A DNA stretch of 63,650 bases, the filler included, from Salisapilia sapeloensis CBS 127946 (Eukaryota > Protista > Oomycota): the NCBI GenBank assembly GCA_023334545.1. It is 8 parts of 8 records of this genome, joined end to end, with 100 filler letters (N's around TTAATTAATTAA, not from the genome) between each part and the next. Parts side by side here need not be neighbours in the genome. Positions count along the whole stretch, not along the records: positions 8,451 to 32,791 come from JAADVB010000260.1; 7 more parts are not named here. One strand, 5' to 3'. The notes beneath the pieces are model-generated. The model did no database searches and was not told where the DNA came from. It worked only from the letters and a program-made list of their open reading frames with translations. Made by a program: the position numbers and the translations under genes. Of the stretch, positions 10,802 to 23,443 are shown in pieces; within the stretch, counting starts at the first letter, position 1, and each line of letters begins with the position of its first letter.

Positions 10802-11493
10802 ATGGCCCCTACCGTAAGTTGCGCTTGCCAATAAACTAGTGAGTCCTCCCTCCTTTCTGTCGCTCGTGCACGCGATATGGGTTGTCCGATGTGGCAAGCA
10901 GAGCCCCCTTCTCTGTGGACGCAGCCAAACGTGCTCGTCACGCATATTTGCCTGCATATTCTATTCACGAGGAGGGGAGGTGGCAAGTGATGAACAGAGC
11001 CACCTTCTCTGTCTAGCAACGTACAGTCCGTATCCAGTGGCATCGAGGGATGAATGGAGGAGGTTGTCACTCCTTCCATCCACCTCGTAATACAGTCGCT
11101 TATCTGTGTCCGCTATAGAAATCTGGCAAGAAGACCGGCAAGAAGAACGTGCTCAAGTTCACGATCGACTGCACGGTGCCTGTGGATGACCACGTCCTCG
11201 ACCCTGCTTCCTTCGAGAAGTTCCTCCACGACCGCATCAAGGTCGATGGAAAGACCGGAGTTCTCGGCGACCGCGTCAAGATCTCCCGTGAGAAGACCAA
11301 GCTCCAGGTTGTGGCTGTCCCGCCCTTCTCGAAGCGTTACCTCAAGTACCTCACCAAGAAGTACTTGAAGAAGCAGCAGCTTCGTGACTACCTCCACGTT
11401 GTTGCCACGGACAAGCAGACGTACGAGCTCCGTTACTTCAACATCCACGACGGTGGCAACGACGACGAGGACGACGATGAGGACGACGAATAA
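10802..11493 (+). CDS. RPL22: 60S ribosomal protein eL22 (exon 1 10802-10813, intron 10814-11118)
   Basis: ATGGCCCCTACC|GTAAGT...TATAG|AAATCT gives [22 protein letters not shown]...[16 protein letters not shown]...YELRYFNI plus an acidic tail. Confidence 0.93.
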
Positions 11494-11788
11494 GTCGTAG
11501 TGCTATAGCTAGTACCTCGACTGTAGTCAATACAGCATCCCGCTTGCTCTTGGAAGCGGCAGTCACAATTTACTCTTTTCTTCCTTTTTCCTTTCAAAAT
11601 TCAGTCCTGTAGATAGCGATGTAGAAGCTGCAACGAAGCGTTGTCGTAGACCATAAAGAAGCAGACATTAACTGCACACCCATCCTAGAGATGACTCGCA
11701 GAAAGAAACTTCCTGAGTGAAATACTTTCTAAGCAACCATCCCGAAGGTATGTAGTCCTCATCAATACCTACTATCGTCCGGACGCAG

Positions 11789-12780
11789 ATTCCCGCAGTT
11801 GAACGAACTAGTGATGTGCAAGTTCAAGGAAGATAAACTCATCCGAACGTCATTTTCACATTCTTCATCAGACAAGCAGAAGGCACTTGCAAATAATCTT
11901 TCGGACCTAAAGACTCGAATGGATTGTCCTGGTGTGCCAGGAGAGCATGGTAGCGACGATGAAGAGTGGCTGGATGGGTATTATCGGCGCCACTGACACA
12001 TCCCGACGTACAAGTGTGTCGGAATCACCACCAAGGGTAGGCTGTGCAACACGCCCACCGCCCAACGTGCGTGGAAAGGCTATACAACGGAACGTGGTGC
12101 CAATCGCATCCTCTTTATGGTAAGATCTATTGGCACGAGCATTAGCCGAGGTGCACGGGACTGACAGTGAACGGAACGACCTGCAGAGCCTTTCCTCGAA
12201 ATGGCAGTAACTACTGCTATGATATCCATGACCTAGGCAAGAAGCCAAGGACTCGTTCTAGAGATTTGCGCAAAGACATTGACGATATCTTTAGCGGAAC
12301 ACAGAGGGTTGCATACGACAAGGGCGAATTTAATGCAGAATGGGAATATCATAGGATCATGTGGTCGAGCTCCAGTTCGGTGCGAAAGCCCTGAGTGACA
12401 TTTATAATAGTCGCGATGGCTACGTGGACAAATATACGCACAAATGTGCAGAGGAGATGGTCTCCGACGTTCTCAACGACGAGTCGAACCTCGCCTGTAC
12501 GAGCAAGCCCATCAACACGGCCAAAGGTTTCGCAGTGACAGACTTTCTAGATGTCCACAGGTATCCAGACTTCAATACAAGTCTACTGATTAATTTCCAA
12601 TTCTTGGGCAAGAGGCCGTGTCGTGTCGTCACGAGAGAGATCAGCAAGCAGCTTCGAGAAAACATGGAGATGTATATTAGCGAACTTGACAATATCTGCA
12701 GCAACTACTACGAAGAAGGGCTGGCCTCTAAATTCGAAGACATGTTTGACGATCTGAAACTAGCGAGAGTTTACTGGTGA
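11789..12780 (+). pseudogene. Interrupted gene with Cys/His zinc-finger-like motifs and a C-terminal HNH-like domain
   Basis: CVGITTKGRLC..WCQSH; a canonical intron at 12120-12167 joins PLYVNGTTCRAFPRNGSNYCYDIH; then DHVVELQF...NDESNLACTSKPINTAKG. Lesions: TGA at 11994 and frameshifts near 12060 and 12353. Confidence 0.45.
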
Positions 12781-13266
12781 AGTTCTAGACGTTCTTCTAG
12801 GTTTAAAATCCGTCTAAATGCGTTTACATTTCTACTTAAATCCCATCGATATTCGCCCTTGGATCAAATCCTGCAGTTCTAGTTTCCATGTAGGTTATCA
12901 TAATAGTATGGAAACAACTAGCTCCTTAAGTCCTGTACAGCACACAGAGGTCACTAAGCCCAGGTTTAAGTGCAAAGGAACAAATCCGTTAGACGGTATG
13001 TCGTGCGTATAGCATTCCAAAGCGTGTGTTCCAAGTCTACGATATAGCAGTTTGATTGAGTAGTTCTGAATGGTAATCTGGATATGAAGTCTAGGATGAG
13101 GTAGCTATTTCTTTTCCAGGCGTATAGACTAGCTCTCTAGCTAGATAGTAATGACTTGGTCACTATATATTGGATAGATGTCTTCAAGGTAGGTGTGGTA
13201 TTTGCTTGGATTGATCTCCAGGTACATCCAACAAAACTTGGACCCACGAGTCCGCACTAATCTACT

Positions 13267-15216
13267 CTAAGGCTGCAAAAGGTTCTGGTACTTGGTCAGG
13301 AACTTGAGGATGACGCTGTTTGTCCATCCGAAACCAACCTGCACTTCGTACTCTCCTCCGTGGCCGCTGCCTCCAATCTCGGTCGCATTGTACTTTTCAA
13401 ACATGACGCCGTTCTCCTTCCAAGCGACAAAGCACGAGTCCACCCATCTCTGCAGCAGGTTCACTGCCAGCTCTTTCGACTTGTTCGTGTCGGCATTCAG
13501 CAAGCCTTCCACGATAATGTCCTGCACAGGTGGCCAGGCATTCGGAGAGTCCCACTGCTGTTTCGTATAGATGGTTGCAGATCTGACGCCACCAGGCATA
13601 ATGAGTCCCGAATCATGGAAAGACTCGACGATTCGGTTGATCCTGTCCGTGTCTGAAGCGTTGAAGGCTCTGGCCCACAGAGGAGAGTAGTCCGACACAG
13701 ATACAATAGGAGAGTGCTTTTCCTCGTCCAACAGATAGTCTTTCCACGCAGCTTGTTCTTCCGACCAGTGGATCGCATCCATGGCTCGACGTCGGTTGTT
13801 CGCAGCCTTTTCAAAGTACGCAGCAGCAGATGGATTGCCCAGGAGCTCATGGAAGTGGATCATGTTGGTCTCGAAGCGGTACATGATCGAGCTCAGCTCC
13901 ACCGGCACGACTTGGGACGTGCGGGAGGTCTTCAGATTCTTGTAATCGCCCAGCCACCTGCTTGTAAAGTCTCTTCCGCTCTCGGCAGCAGCAATCATCT
14001 CGTTGTAAAAGTTGGTCTGGAGCTCCTCTGCTCCTGGTCCGTCTCCGAAGTAGTTTTCAGCAATCACTAGGTCTTCAATGTACGACTCTGGCCTCGGTGC
14101 GTTGGCTTGGCTGACGTATCTGTTCAGAACGAACGTTTCGTTGGATGCATTCGAGAAGATCTCGACGGCATGGCCGTACGGACCCGTCTGCATCCAGAAC
14201 TCGTACTCTCGTTCCAAGATCGGCACTACTTTCTTCAAGTACTTAAGGTCGTACCTTTGGTCCTTTGCATCCGTCCTGAGCGCAGGCGTCTCCACGAGCT
14301 CTTGGGACACAAGTCGCACCATGTCCGACAGCATCGGAGGCTGTGATCTCGTCAGGTAGTAGATTCTACCTCCGTTCGGCACAAAACCGAATTCAGATAC
14401 GTACTCTAGCAAATTGTTGACAATACCTCGAGCAGTGTGCTTCATGTCACTCACGAGCAGGCCATGGACGATCCAATAGGAGTCCCAATAGTAGCTCTCA
14501 CGGTATCGACCACCGGGCACAACAATAAGGTTCTGGGCTCCTCGCAACGTAGCAGCCTCACCGACCGGATGGGAGTGTAAGAAGGAGCTCTCGACGTTCT
14601 CCGACGGCATGCGACCAAGCACCTTCCACAGCTTGTGCAGTCCAAACGCCCACTCGCGCCATTCCGGATCATGAATGCCGGCGATCGGTCCAGGATGCGT
14701 CTCCTGGAAGTCCATCGGCACCGTTGGGACAATGTCTGACCCTGGCGGATCAAAGTGCTTGTCCAAGAAAGCGAGAAGAATGGTCTGACGGCCACTCTGA
14801 CTGGCTTCTTGCCAATCGGTGGCATTGGTAAGCGCATCGAATTCAGCCAGCACGGTCGTGGCGGAGCTGTTAGACTTGATCGGCATGTCGACAAAGTGCT
14901 TGCTGTCGGAAAAGAGACCGTGGGTCTGGACAGCGTGGAGCAGAGGTCCTTCACTGAAGATCTGCATGAGCTCATCTACTTTCTTGTCAAGCGACGGCGT
15001 ATCGGCACCGCCTGTAAAGTCATTTTGCACAACACCGTCGAGTCTAGAGTCTACGGATGCGTCCGTCGTGAGCCATCCACATAGCCCAACTACAGCAAAG
15101 AGTGAAAAAAGTGAAAGGGCGCGCCGCCACGTGCGTCCGTTGGCGCTTTGTCTTGAGAAGAGCGCATGAGAGGCGCTCTTGGGTATTAAGAACTCTGTTT
15201 CACGAGGCACGGTCAT
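13267..15216 (-). CDS. Trehalase (GH37) with N-terminal hydrophobic anchor
   Basis: Motifs DSKHFVDM, PGGRYRESYYWDSY, VPNGGRIYYLTRSQPP, AAAESGRDFTSRW, QWDSPNAWPP, EKYNA, GFGWTN. Confidence 0.95.
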   Translation of the reverse strand: MTVPRETEFLIPKSASHALFSRQSANGRTWRRALSLFSLFAVVGLCGWLTTDASVDSRLDGVVQNDFTGGADTPSLDKKVDELMQIFSEGPLLHAVQTHGLFSDSKHFVDMPIKSNSSATTVLAEFDALTNATDWQEASQSGRQTILLAFLDKHFDPPGSDIVPTVPMDFQETHPGPIAGIHDPEWREWAFGLHKLWKVLGRMPSENVESSFLHSHPVGEAATLRGAQNLIVVPGGRYRESYYWDSYWIVHGLLVSDMKHTARGIVNNLLEYVSEFGFVPNGGRIYYLTRSQPPMLSDMVRLVSQELVETPALRTDAKDQRYDLKYLKKVVPILEREYEFWMQTGPYGHAVEIFSNASNETFVLNRYVSQANAPRPESYIEDLVIAENYFGDGPGAEELQTNFYNEMIAAAESGRDFTSRWLGDYKNLKTSRTSQVVPVELSSIMYRFETNMIHFHELLGNPSAAAYFEKAANNRRRAMDAIHWSEEQAAWKDYLLDEEKHSPIVSVSDYSPLWARAFNASDTDRINRIVESFHDSGLIMPGGVRSATIYTKQQWDSPNAWPPVQDIIVEGLLNADTNKSKELAVNLLQRWVDSCFVAWKENGVMFEKYNATEIGGSGHGGEYEVQVGFGWTNSVILKFLTKYQNLLQP

Positions 15217-16171
15217 GGCCAGAGAAGAAGGCTATGTCCTAGCGAGCTTCTTGGGTTGTGACATGCCCGTGCGGATGAAAAAAGTAGAGGAACCTTTTCG
15301 AATGGTTGTGTGGTTGAAGATTTGAGATGACCAGATACTTTGGGAAGACGCGACGGAGCTGCACGACAAGCTACTTGCGTCACTTGGGATACATCTACGC
15401 TAGCGTCGTGGTAGTTTGTACGTGAATATATCAGCTCTATGACTTTTTTTAGTCGTCTGCTGGACAGATGCACAGGAAGGATGCAATTGTACAAGTAGAC
15501 AGCACTGGACTGCGTGTTCCTGCTTGTTACCAGTGCTAGGTGCTCGCCCTGTCTGTCCAGCACGCCACGCCAAAGAACTTGAACATAGCAAACGCTACAT
15601 GTGTATCATTTGGTACCATCAAGTTTCCATTGCCAGCTAGATTTATAGCACACTTCCTAGTCTGACGATGAAGAAAAGCAATACTCGGTACCATGGAACA
15701 CAGATAAACGAAAACATCCAGTGAAGGAACAAAAGTATCTCATTTGCAAGACCTCAGGATAAGAGAGGCTACAAAAGGCAGCATTACTTGCTGGGTACTT
15801 CTATCAGATCAGGTTGAAACTTCTTGAGAAAGAAGTGTAGATGTGCGTTTGATCGTAGATAGTGAATGAGGTGTGGTGGGAAAGACACCTCACTAGCTCA
15901 AGCCAATATCCATGCATTAAAGTGGTGTCGAGAATGTCCACAACGATCGACAAACTATGATAAACAGAGTCATCAAGTACCCTTTGAGCCGCCAAGCGTA
16001 GCGCCCCTGCTCCAGCCCACACCCGACAAACTTAGCGAACGATAGAAATCAGTGGAACAAGAATACACGAGCGTGTCTTCCTACTTTCAAATGGATTGGC
16101 TTTAGACCTCGAATTGTACGACACAATTTTTCTTTCTTCCTATGGACTCTCGCATCTAAAGAATCATTCGG

Positions 16172-18164
16172 TCACATTGTACTCACAAGCGCCGCGTTAA
16201 TAGCTTCAATCCACTTCTTCGAGCCGTTCACGAGGTCATTCAGGTGATACACTCGATTCGGCTACAGGTGTCTGTCAGTTCCATCCTCCTAAAGCAATGT
16301 CACTAGAGCGTACCGTCACAACGTCGAAAGCAGTGGACGACTTGGACTGGACGTACAGTTTGTCCGACCACGGGATCTCTCCCTTTTGCTTCATCCGGAT
16401 CGGATCGATGTAGATTAGCCTCGGTCGAGACGTCAGAATCAACTGCTCGTGCACTCGTCAGCATTCGTACAGCTACAGGAAATAGTAAAGGACTTACGTG
16501 TCGCTTCTTGGAGAAGAGCCCCTTGCGCTTACTGATGAGACCCTGCATTCGGATCAGCTCATCATCCAGCAAAAACCGATTCCTATCAACACACTTAGCT
16601 CCACAAAACCATCAACGACCTATGTGTACATACCATAAAGAAGTGGTTCGGTTCAGAGGTGGAGAGGGAGGGACAGAAGCTTTCTGTCGAGCCACTTCGA
16701 CTGGATTAACCGCCTGTGGGCTTTCACTACCACTTCCCCTGATAAAAAGTTAGCTGAAGTGCACTGCATGCATCCTACAAAAGACATACTTGGTGGCAGA
16801 TCCTAGCGTTAATCCAGACGAGACTTGCAGCTCCGTGGCGACGCCGGCAAAGAGCCAGTCCTCCGTGGCGCCATCGTTGTCGGTCGGAGGCAGAGGCTCG
16901 ATCTTGGGGACGTACGGCGCCGGCGTGTAGCCGACAGACTCCCACTCGATGCCGTGGAAGAACGGGTGGGACTTGAGCGCAGAGTAGCCGTTTCCCTCCT
17001 CTTCCTTCCCGGCACCTAGTCGTTCCGTCGGCTCTTGCACCAGGATCTGTTCAATAAGGTCTTTCGCAGCAGCAGGAAGCTCCGGAGGGTACGCAAAGTC
17101 TTCCGCCGGGTGGTTCAGAATCTGTTGGAATGTCAGGTACTCGTTCTCGGCACGGAAGAGCGGTCGGCCAATGAGCAGCTGGTAGACCATGCAGGCCAGG
17201 GCCCAAAGGTCACACCCGCGAGACGCTTCTTGGTCTCTTAGCACCTCCGGAGAGACGAACTCTGCTGTACCGCAGAACGTGTTGCGTCGATGGTCCTCTG
17301 ACTCGTCTTTCGCAGTCCCAAAGTCTGTCAGTTTGATATGTCCATCCGCGCTATAAGACAAGTGTGTAAGATGCAGAAGCAATGGCAATCGCAGACGATA
17401 TCAAAGTACCTAATAAGAATGTTTTCTGGTTTCAAGTCGCGATGGATGACGCCCTACATCGTATCGTCATTAGCATAAGAGCCACTGGAGATTCACAAGT
17501 ACACGTACATTGTTGTGGAGATACTCGAGAGCAACGACGACTTCGGCAATGTAGAATTTGGTGAGTTCGACCGAGCATGCTTGGTTCTCAATCCCTTGCG
17601 CCTGCTTTTCCTTGTGATGTTTGCTACAAAGCGGTCAGTATGAGCTCTTTGGTGGATCACTAGTGATCGTACGTGATGACATCCAGGAGTTCTCCTCCAC
17701 GACAGAGCTCCATGACCATGTACAGGTAGCTGTTGTCCTGGAAGGTAAAGTAGAGTTTGACGATGCGGTCGTTGTTGACTTTCGAGAAAACTTTGCGCTC
17801 CATCATGACGAACTTGACCTTTTTCTCCTTCCGGATGAAGCGCTTTTCCATGATCTTGACAGCGTACTCGTTCTCCGTGTCCTTCATTCGTGCATGCACC
17901 ACCTACTCATGCCCATCAGGATACCGTACAAGCACGTGAACCACCGAATAGACTACTCTGGCATAGGCTCCTTCACCCAAGGTCGTTCCAAACATAAAGT
18001 CGGAAGGGGATGGCTTCTTGTTTCGGGAGGGACCACCGGAGCTGGCGAGCGACTGGGAGGAGCCGCCTGTATTCGACAGCACGGGTTCAATTATTTCCTA
18101 CAAACGTCATCAACTTAAGCGTGATACCTCTCGGAGTGGTGAGGGAGTGTTCTGCGGTCTCCAT
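16172..18164 (-). CDS. PDPK1: PDK1-type AGC kinase with C-terminal PH domain (multi-exon)
   Basis: DFMFGTTLGEGAYARV, YAVKIMEKRFIRKEKKVKFV, DFGTAK, NTFCGTAEFVSPE. The PH region includes KRKGLFSKKR|QLILTSRPRLIYIDP. Confidence 0.9.
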
Positions 18165-18530
18165 GAAGGCTGAAGCGGCAATGAGGTGGCAGCACTGCGG
18201 CGCGATCGAGCAAGGGGCAGGGTGGTCTCCGAAGTGCCCAACACTACTAACCTGCTCGTCCGCTTCCAAATCTATTTATACGGATAAGTGCTTTATGAAC
18301 GTAATTTATTCAGTTCTTGATTTTAGATAGCGTATTATATAAATATTTATGTAGAGCTAATATGTATATGGTGTGCGTGATGGCGATATCAGATGGTGCG
18401 TGGGTTTGGTCGACCAATCGGAGGCGGCGGCAGCTGTCGTGTACATGATATCCGGTGCAGTGTTTCGAGTACTCTGGAGGAGATGTTAGAGGAGACAACT
18501 AGCAAACACCACAAAACCAAAGACCGGATC

Positions 18531-20212
18531 ATGGCCGACGCAGACAAGCAGCAGATCGAGGCTCTCCTCCTGTCCACGATCGACGCCAACGGATCCGTCG
18601 AGGACTCGTACACTTTTGCTCAGACCCAGAATGTTCCTCATGAGGCTGTCGTCGGCGTCCTCAAGAGTCTCCTGACGGACGATTTCGTCCAAGCCAAGGA
18701 GCACTCGACCTCTTTCTACGTCCTCAAGGACGAGGCGCTCGGATTCTTGGAGAAGGGGTCTCCGGAATACCAGGTCTTTAACGCCATTCCTGCAGACGGT
18801 GCTGACCGAAGCAGCGTCGAACAGGCAGTCGGCAACACCGTCCTCAAGGTGGGTCAAGGCGCTTGCATGAAGAACAAGTGGATTACGTTTGACAAGAGCA
18901 GCAACACGTTCCACCGGAACGTCGACAGCATTGAAGATACCGTCACGAGCACGCTGAAGAAGCTGCACGATGCTGGTGGCGACACGAGCTCCATCTCGGC
19001 CAACGACGCCAAGGACTTGAAGCGGCGGAAGCTCGTCGAGATGCGTACGCGCAAGTCGTACGGCATTACCAAGGGCGAGAAGTTTGCTCCGCAGCGTAAG
19101 AAGCAGGCGGCAGGATTGACAAAGGAGATGCTGGACTCTGGCAGTTGGCAAACGGACACCTTCAAGCCGTACAACTTTAACACGATGGGCGTACCTGTCG
19201 GCGGCGGCCACCTCCACCCGCTCATGAAGGTCCGAGCAGAGTTCCGTCGGGTGCTCATGGACATGGGGTACTTCCCGTTCTATTCATTTAAATACACCAT
19301 CTGACTCTCGTCGTAGATTCCAGGAGATGCCGACCAACCGCTTCGTCGAGAGTAGTTTCTGGAACTTTGACTCACTCTTCCAGCCTCAGTCGCATCCTGC
19401 CCGTGATGCCCACGATACGTTCTTCCTTTCCAGTATGACTCTCATAAATGCGTGATCTGGACTGTAGCTAAGTACGTGCATAGAACCTGCCAAGGCACTG
19501 AAGCTGCCGGAAGACTACTACAAGCGGGTGGAGGACATGCATGAGAACGGAGGCTATGGATCCATTGGGTACTATCACTTACTCCACTGCATTCTAGCAT
19601 TCTCTCTTCCATGCATAGTCTAATTATATCTACAAAACCTATAGCCACGGACCTGGAGCGTTCAAGCGAGACACGTCTTTGACCAACCTCTTGCGTACGC
19701 ACACGACGGCCATCTCTGCGCAGATGCTGTATAAGTTGGCGAACCAGGAGGGAGGCTTCCAGCCAACCAAGCTCTTCTCCATCGACCGAGTCTTCCGTAA
19801 CGAGAACATGGACGCGACGCACTTGGCCGAGTTCCACCAAGTGGAAGGCGTGGTCGCCGACTACGACCTGAGTCTAGGCGACCTCATCGGTGTCATCAAG
19901 TCGTTCTTTGAAAAGATCGGCATTACCCAAATGCGTTTCAAGCCTGCGTACAACCCGTACACGGAGCCCAGCATGGAGATCTTTGCCTTCCACCCGGATC
20001 TGAAGAAGTGGACAGAGGTCGGCAACTCTGGCGTCTTCCGCCCAGAGATGCTCCGACCGATGGGTCTCCCGGACAACGTCCGAGTGATCGCCTGGGGACT
20101 GTCTCTAGAGCGTCCGACGATGATCAAGTACCGACTGAGCAACATCCGCGACCTCTTCGGCCACAAGATCGACCTGGAGCAGACGAAGCGAGCCCAACTC
20201 TACCGTTACTAG
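18531..20212 (+). CDS. FARSA: Cytosolic phenylalanyl-tRNA synthetase alpha subunit (3 introns)
   Basis: [82 protein letters not shown]. Confidence 0.96.
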
Positions 20213-20261
20213 ACACTGAACAAGACCTTTGCCATTCAAAATTCTCGCTCTTCTATTTTTT

Positions 20262-21374
20262 TCAGTAGCCATAATGGGCAGCTAGCTGTTTGACCTGCTC
20301 CCAAATGACGAACGTGAAGACTGTGTGGGGTCCCAGACGCAGGTAATGGGCTGCCCAGCCCTTGTAAAAGCCTTTCAAACCTTCCGACTTGAACGTCTTC
20401 TTCAGACAATCGTACAGTCCGTCATACAGCTCTCCCTTACCATCTATCACGCGCTGGCTGTACAGACGAGTGGATACGACGTCAAAGGGGTTCATCATCG
20501 TCGTCACGATCAGTCCTGTCACCATACTCGCTAGATAAAAAGGTTAGGAATCATTTACATATGATAAGATGATAACTACGTACAGCCCAAGTGGACGTTA
20601 AAACCGTCTTCAATCCCTGCGGCCAGCACAAGAGCCTTTGCCTGGGAGTACGTCGTCAGCTGGACTGTCGATCCAACCTATCTAAACTGTTTAACAAGTG
20701 TCGACAGCACAACAACAGCATAATCCTTACCGCCACACGCGTGAGGGAGCCGGAGACGCCTCGGTAGAGTCCGAAGATACCTTCGCTCTTCATGATCTGC
20801 CGGAAACCATCAAACTAAACCGCAGAAGCATTGCAATCAGAACTACTTTCATCGAGACAAATCCGACATGACATTTTACCATGTTCTTGTACTTGTATTG
20901 GGAATTGACGGTGGCTTCCGTACTCGCAGCCTGGATACGGGCCTTGACGAGGAAGAATGGACTACCGCAGAATGCTCCGATCATACCAGAAGTAGATGCT
21001 GCTGCCATGTTCCGCAAAGGATAGGTAAAGTCCGTCGGGTCCGTCGCACCGAAACCTCGTTGGAGAGGACCAAAGAGTCCCAAGCGAGGAGCGTTCATGA
21101 ACACTTGGTATGTTATGCCTGGCATAAGGCCTCGCTGGATACCTCGAAGGCCTTCCATTCGACATATCGTATAGAATGCATGGGCAAAATTACGGTACTG
21201 CACAGCCGGCGGTGCCCCGTCGATCGCTTTGGCACTCCGAGCGAGTTCCCCCTGTAGCTGCAATCGAGTCTTGACCACTTCCATCGGGTTGGAGAACACG
21301 CAGGCCATGCTGGAGGACGACCCAGCGAGGATGAACTCGGTGACGAAGCCTCGCTTCGGGTGCGTACTCGTCAT
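20262..21374 (-). CDS. Mitochondrial carrier (OAC1/SLC25A35-like, multi-exon)
   Basis: Three carrier repeats: NPMEVVKTRLQLQGE, SPFFLVKARIQ, NPFDVVSTRLY. Confidence 0.88.
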
Positions 21375-21535
21375 GTTTGTCTACTTTGAAAGTGATTGAG
21401 CATTCAAATGCTGTCAAGGTGTCTTGTTAAATAAGGCCAATTGCTAACAACTTGAAGTAGGAGAAAGCAAGTGGTTTATTAGGACGCAGGAAAGCACGTG
21501 TCCGAAGAGGTAAAAGAAAAGAAGTCTTTCTTTCT

Positions 21536-23443
21536 TCAGGCGGTCCGACTTTCGTCCTCATCTTCAAGTTCCAGGTGGATGTCTGCTTCAGCAACGTACG
21601 GAATGGCCTCAATTGCTCTATGTATGGACAAGTAAGCAAATATACATGAAAATGATTTTAAAATATACAGACCGTCGAGCCTCTCGAGCGACCGCGTTGG
21701 CTTCGTTCACCTGCAGATTCGGCTGCACCACGATGGCAACATCCACAAACGTCCCATTGCCACCTTCGTAAGGCACCCAGTGCGTGTTTATATGTGTCGT
21801 ATCACGAATGGCTTGGATAGGTGCTAGGACGTCTCGTACGTCCTGTCGGATCTCTCGGTACGGCCGCATCTTGTGCTCTGGTATGCGGTTCGTCGATGGT
21901 GTGTCGATTGCTCCTTCATCAAAACTTACGTCGATATGGACTAGCACTTCTGACACGTCATGCACTTCCTCCAGGATCTGAGAACGTACTCGGTCGGCAA
22001 TCTAGACAAGTGTTAAATGGTTGTAGATCTATGTACAAGATGCAGTTGACACTACCTGCTGAGCCATCGAGATACTCGTACGCGGATGGAGCTACCGCAT
22101 CTTCAATGAGATTGAGTAAGGACACGACGAAATAAATGTATACATGAACACGTAGGTCGACAAGCGTGTAGTGGCCCATGCGTCTCGCTCGAATGTCCGA
22201 CACTTGCTGAACGTCGTCTACTTTTCGACTCTACAGTCAACGTTAGATCCGTACGATGCACACATGTATACATGCTAGCATACCACTTCTTTCAACAGTT
22301 CCAACACTTCTTCCTCGACGCTCTTGTCCGTTAAATCACGCACACTACCATCTCACGTCAGCCCAGCTTGCAGCATTCTGTCGAAAACAATAGAGTCGAC
22401 CTGTCGAGACAAATGTCCACGCCCGTCTTGGCGACCATGCCGGAGACAGCAATGGCAGCGACAGGGTCCAATAGAGGGAAGCCGCCCATGGTACCTAAAA
22501 TGCCACCCAACGCCACAAAGGACGAAATGGCGTCCGTACGATGGTGCCATGCATTAGCTACCAAGACCTTACTCTTCGCTTGCTTTCCAATACGCACGGT
22601 CGCTCGGTACAAGATCTCCTTGGCGGCAATAGATACACCTGCAGCGCCTGCTGCCATCGCGAACTGCGCTTCCTGGCTCATCTCTTGTACACAGTTAGAT
22701 AGACTCCGGTTGTCTGGTGTTCAATGTATAGTACCAAAGGGAAGAGAGAGCTCTGGAAGGACAGCTCCAGCTCCGCCTTGGATAATGTCTTGGAAGCTGT
22801 AGATGCCGTCGACGCCCATGGAGCATCCACAGTAGACGAGGATGGCTCCAACAGATAAAGCACCTACCGATTCGAATTTGCCGTAGCCTAGTGATGGTAG
22901 ATTATGAGATGACAGTATGGCAAGAAAGGATATCTGCAGCACACCGTAAGGATGGTCGACGTCAGGTGGCAGTCGAGCCACTTTAACGCTCCATAGCGTG
23001 ACAAGATCGGATAACAAGTCGGACAAAGAGTGCAATGCATCCGCTACTAGTGCGTTAGATCCTGTCGACAGCCCGACGGATCCCTATTGATGGTGAGATG
23101 AAAGCATGGGATGAGAAGGGTGGTACAGGTACTTTGGTGAAGGCCATGCCCAAGTTTGTAAACATGCCGACTCGCGTGATCCGCATTGCCTCTTCCCCTG
23201 TATACCACATATCTCTTAGTGACTCTAGTATACTAGAGCATGAATGAAGAAGCGACCTTGTGTGGCATTGGCAGAAGCATTCTCATTTCGTTTAACACTG
23301 GCGTTGGTGTCGTCGTACGTGGATAGTGGTGACTGTGGTACAAGGACGAGCGATTGTCTAGGCATTAACGCCGATCGTCTTCGCTGATTGTGTTGAAGCT
23401 TGGACGCAAAGCCCAATCGAGCATAGCTTGTCCGGAAGACCAT
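21536..23443 (-). CDS. Cation diffusion facilitator, MMT1/2-like mitochondrial metal transporter (multi-exon)
   Basis: Arg-rich N-terminus; HSLSDLLSD, HPYG, GYGKFES, ANAWHHRTDAISS, RARRMGHYTLVDL. The last exon reads AIEAIPYVAEADIHLEL*. Confidence 0.85.

Noticed and set aside
10987-10993. C/D-box snoRNA call from GTGATGA
   Set aside because: No downstream CTGA D box in the intron, and no canonical H box for an H/ACA call. Kept only as a structured-intron finding.
11994-11996. In-frame TGA as selenocysteine
   Set aside because: No SECIS recognised, no redox motif, and other frameshifts in the same gene point to decay or sequencing error.
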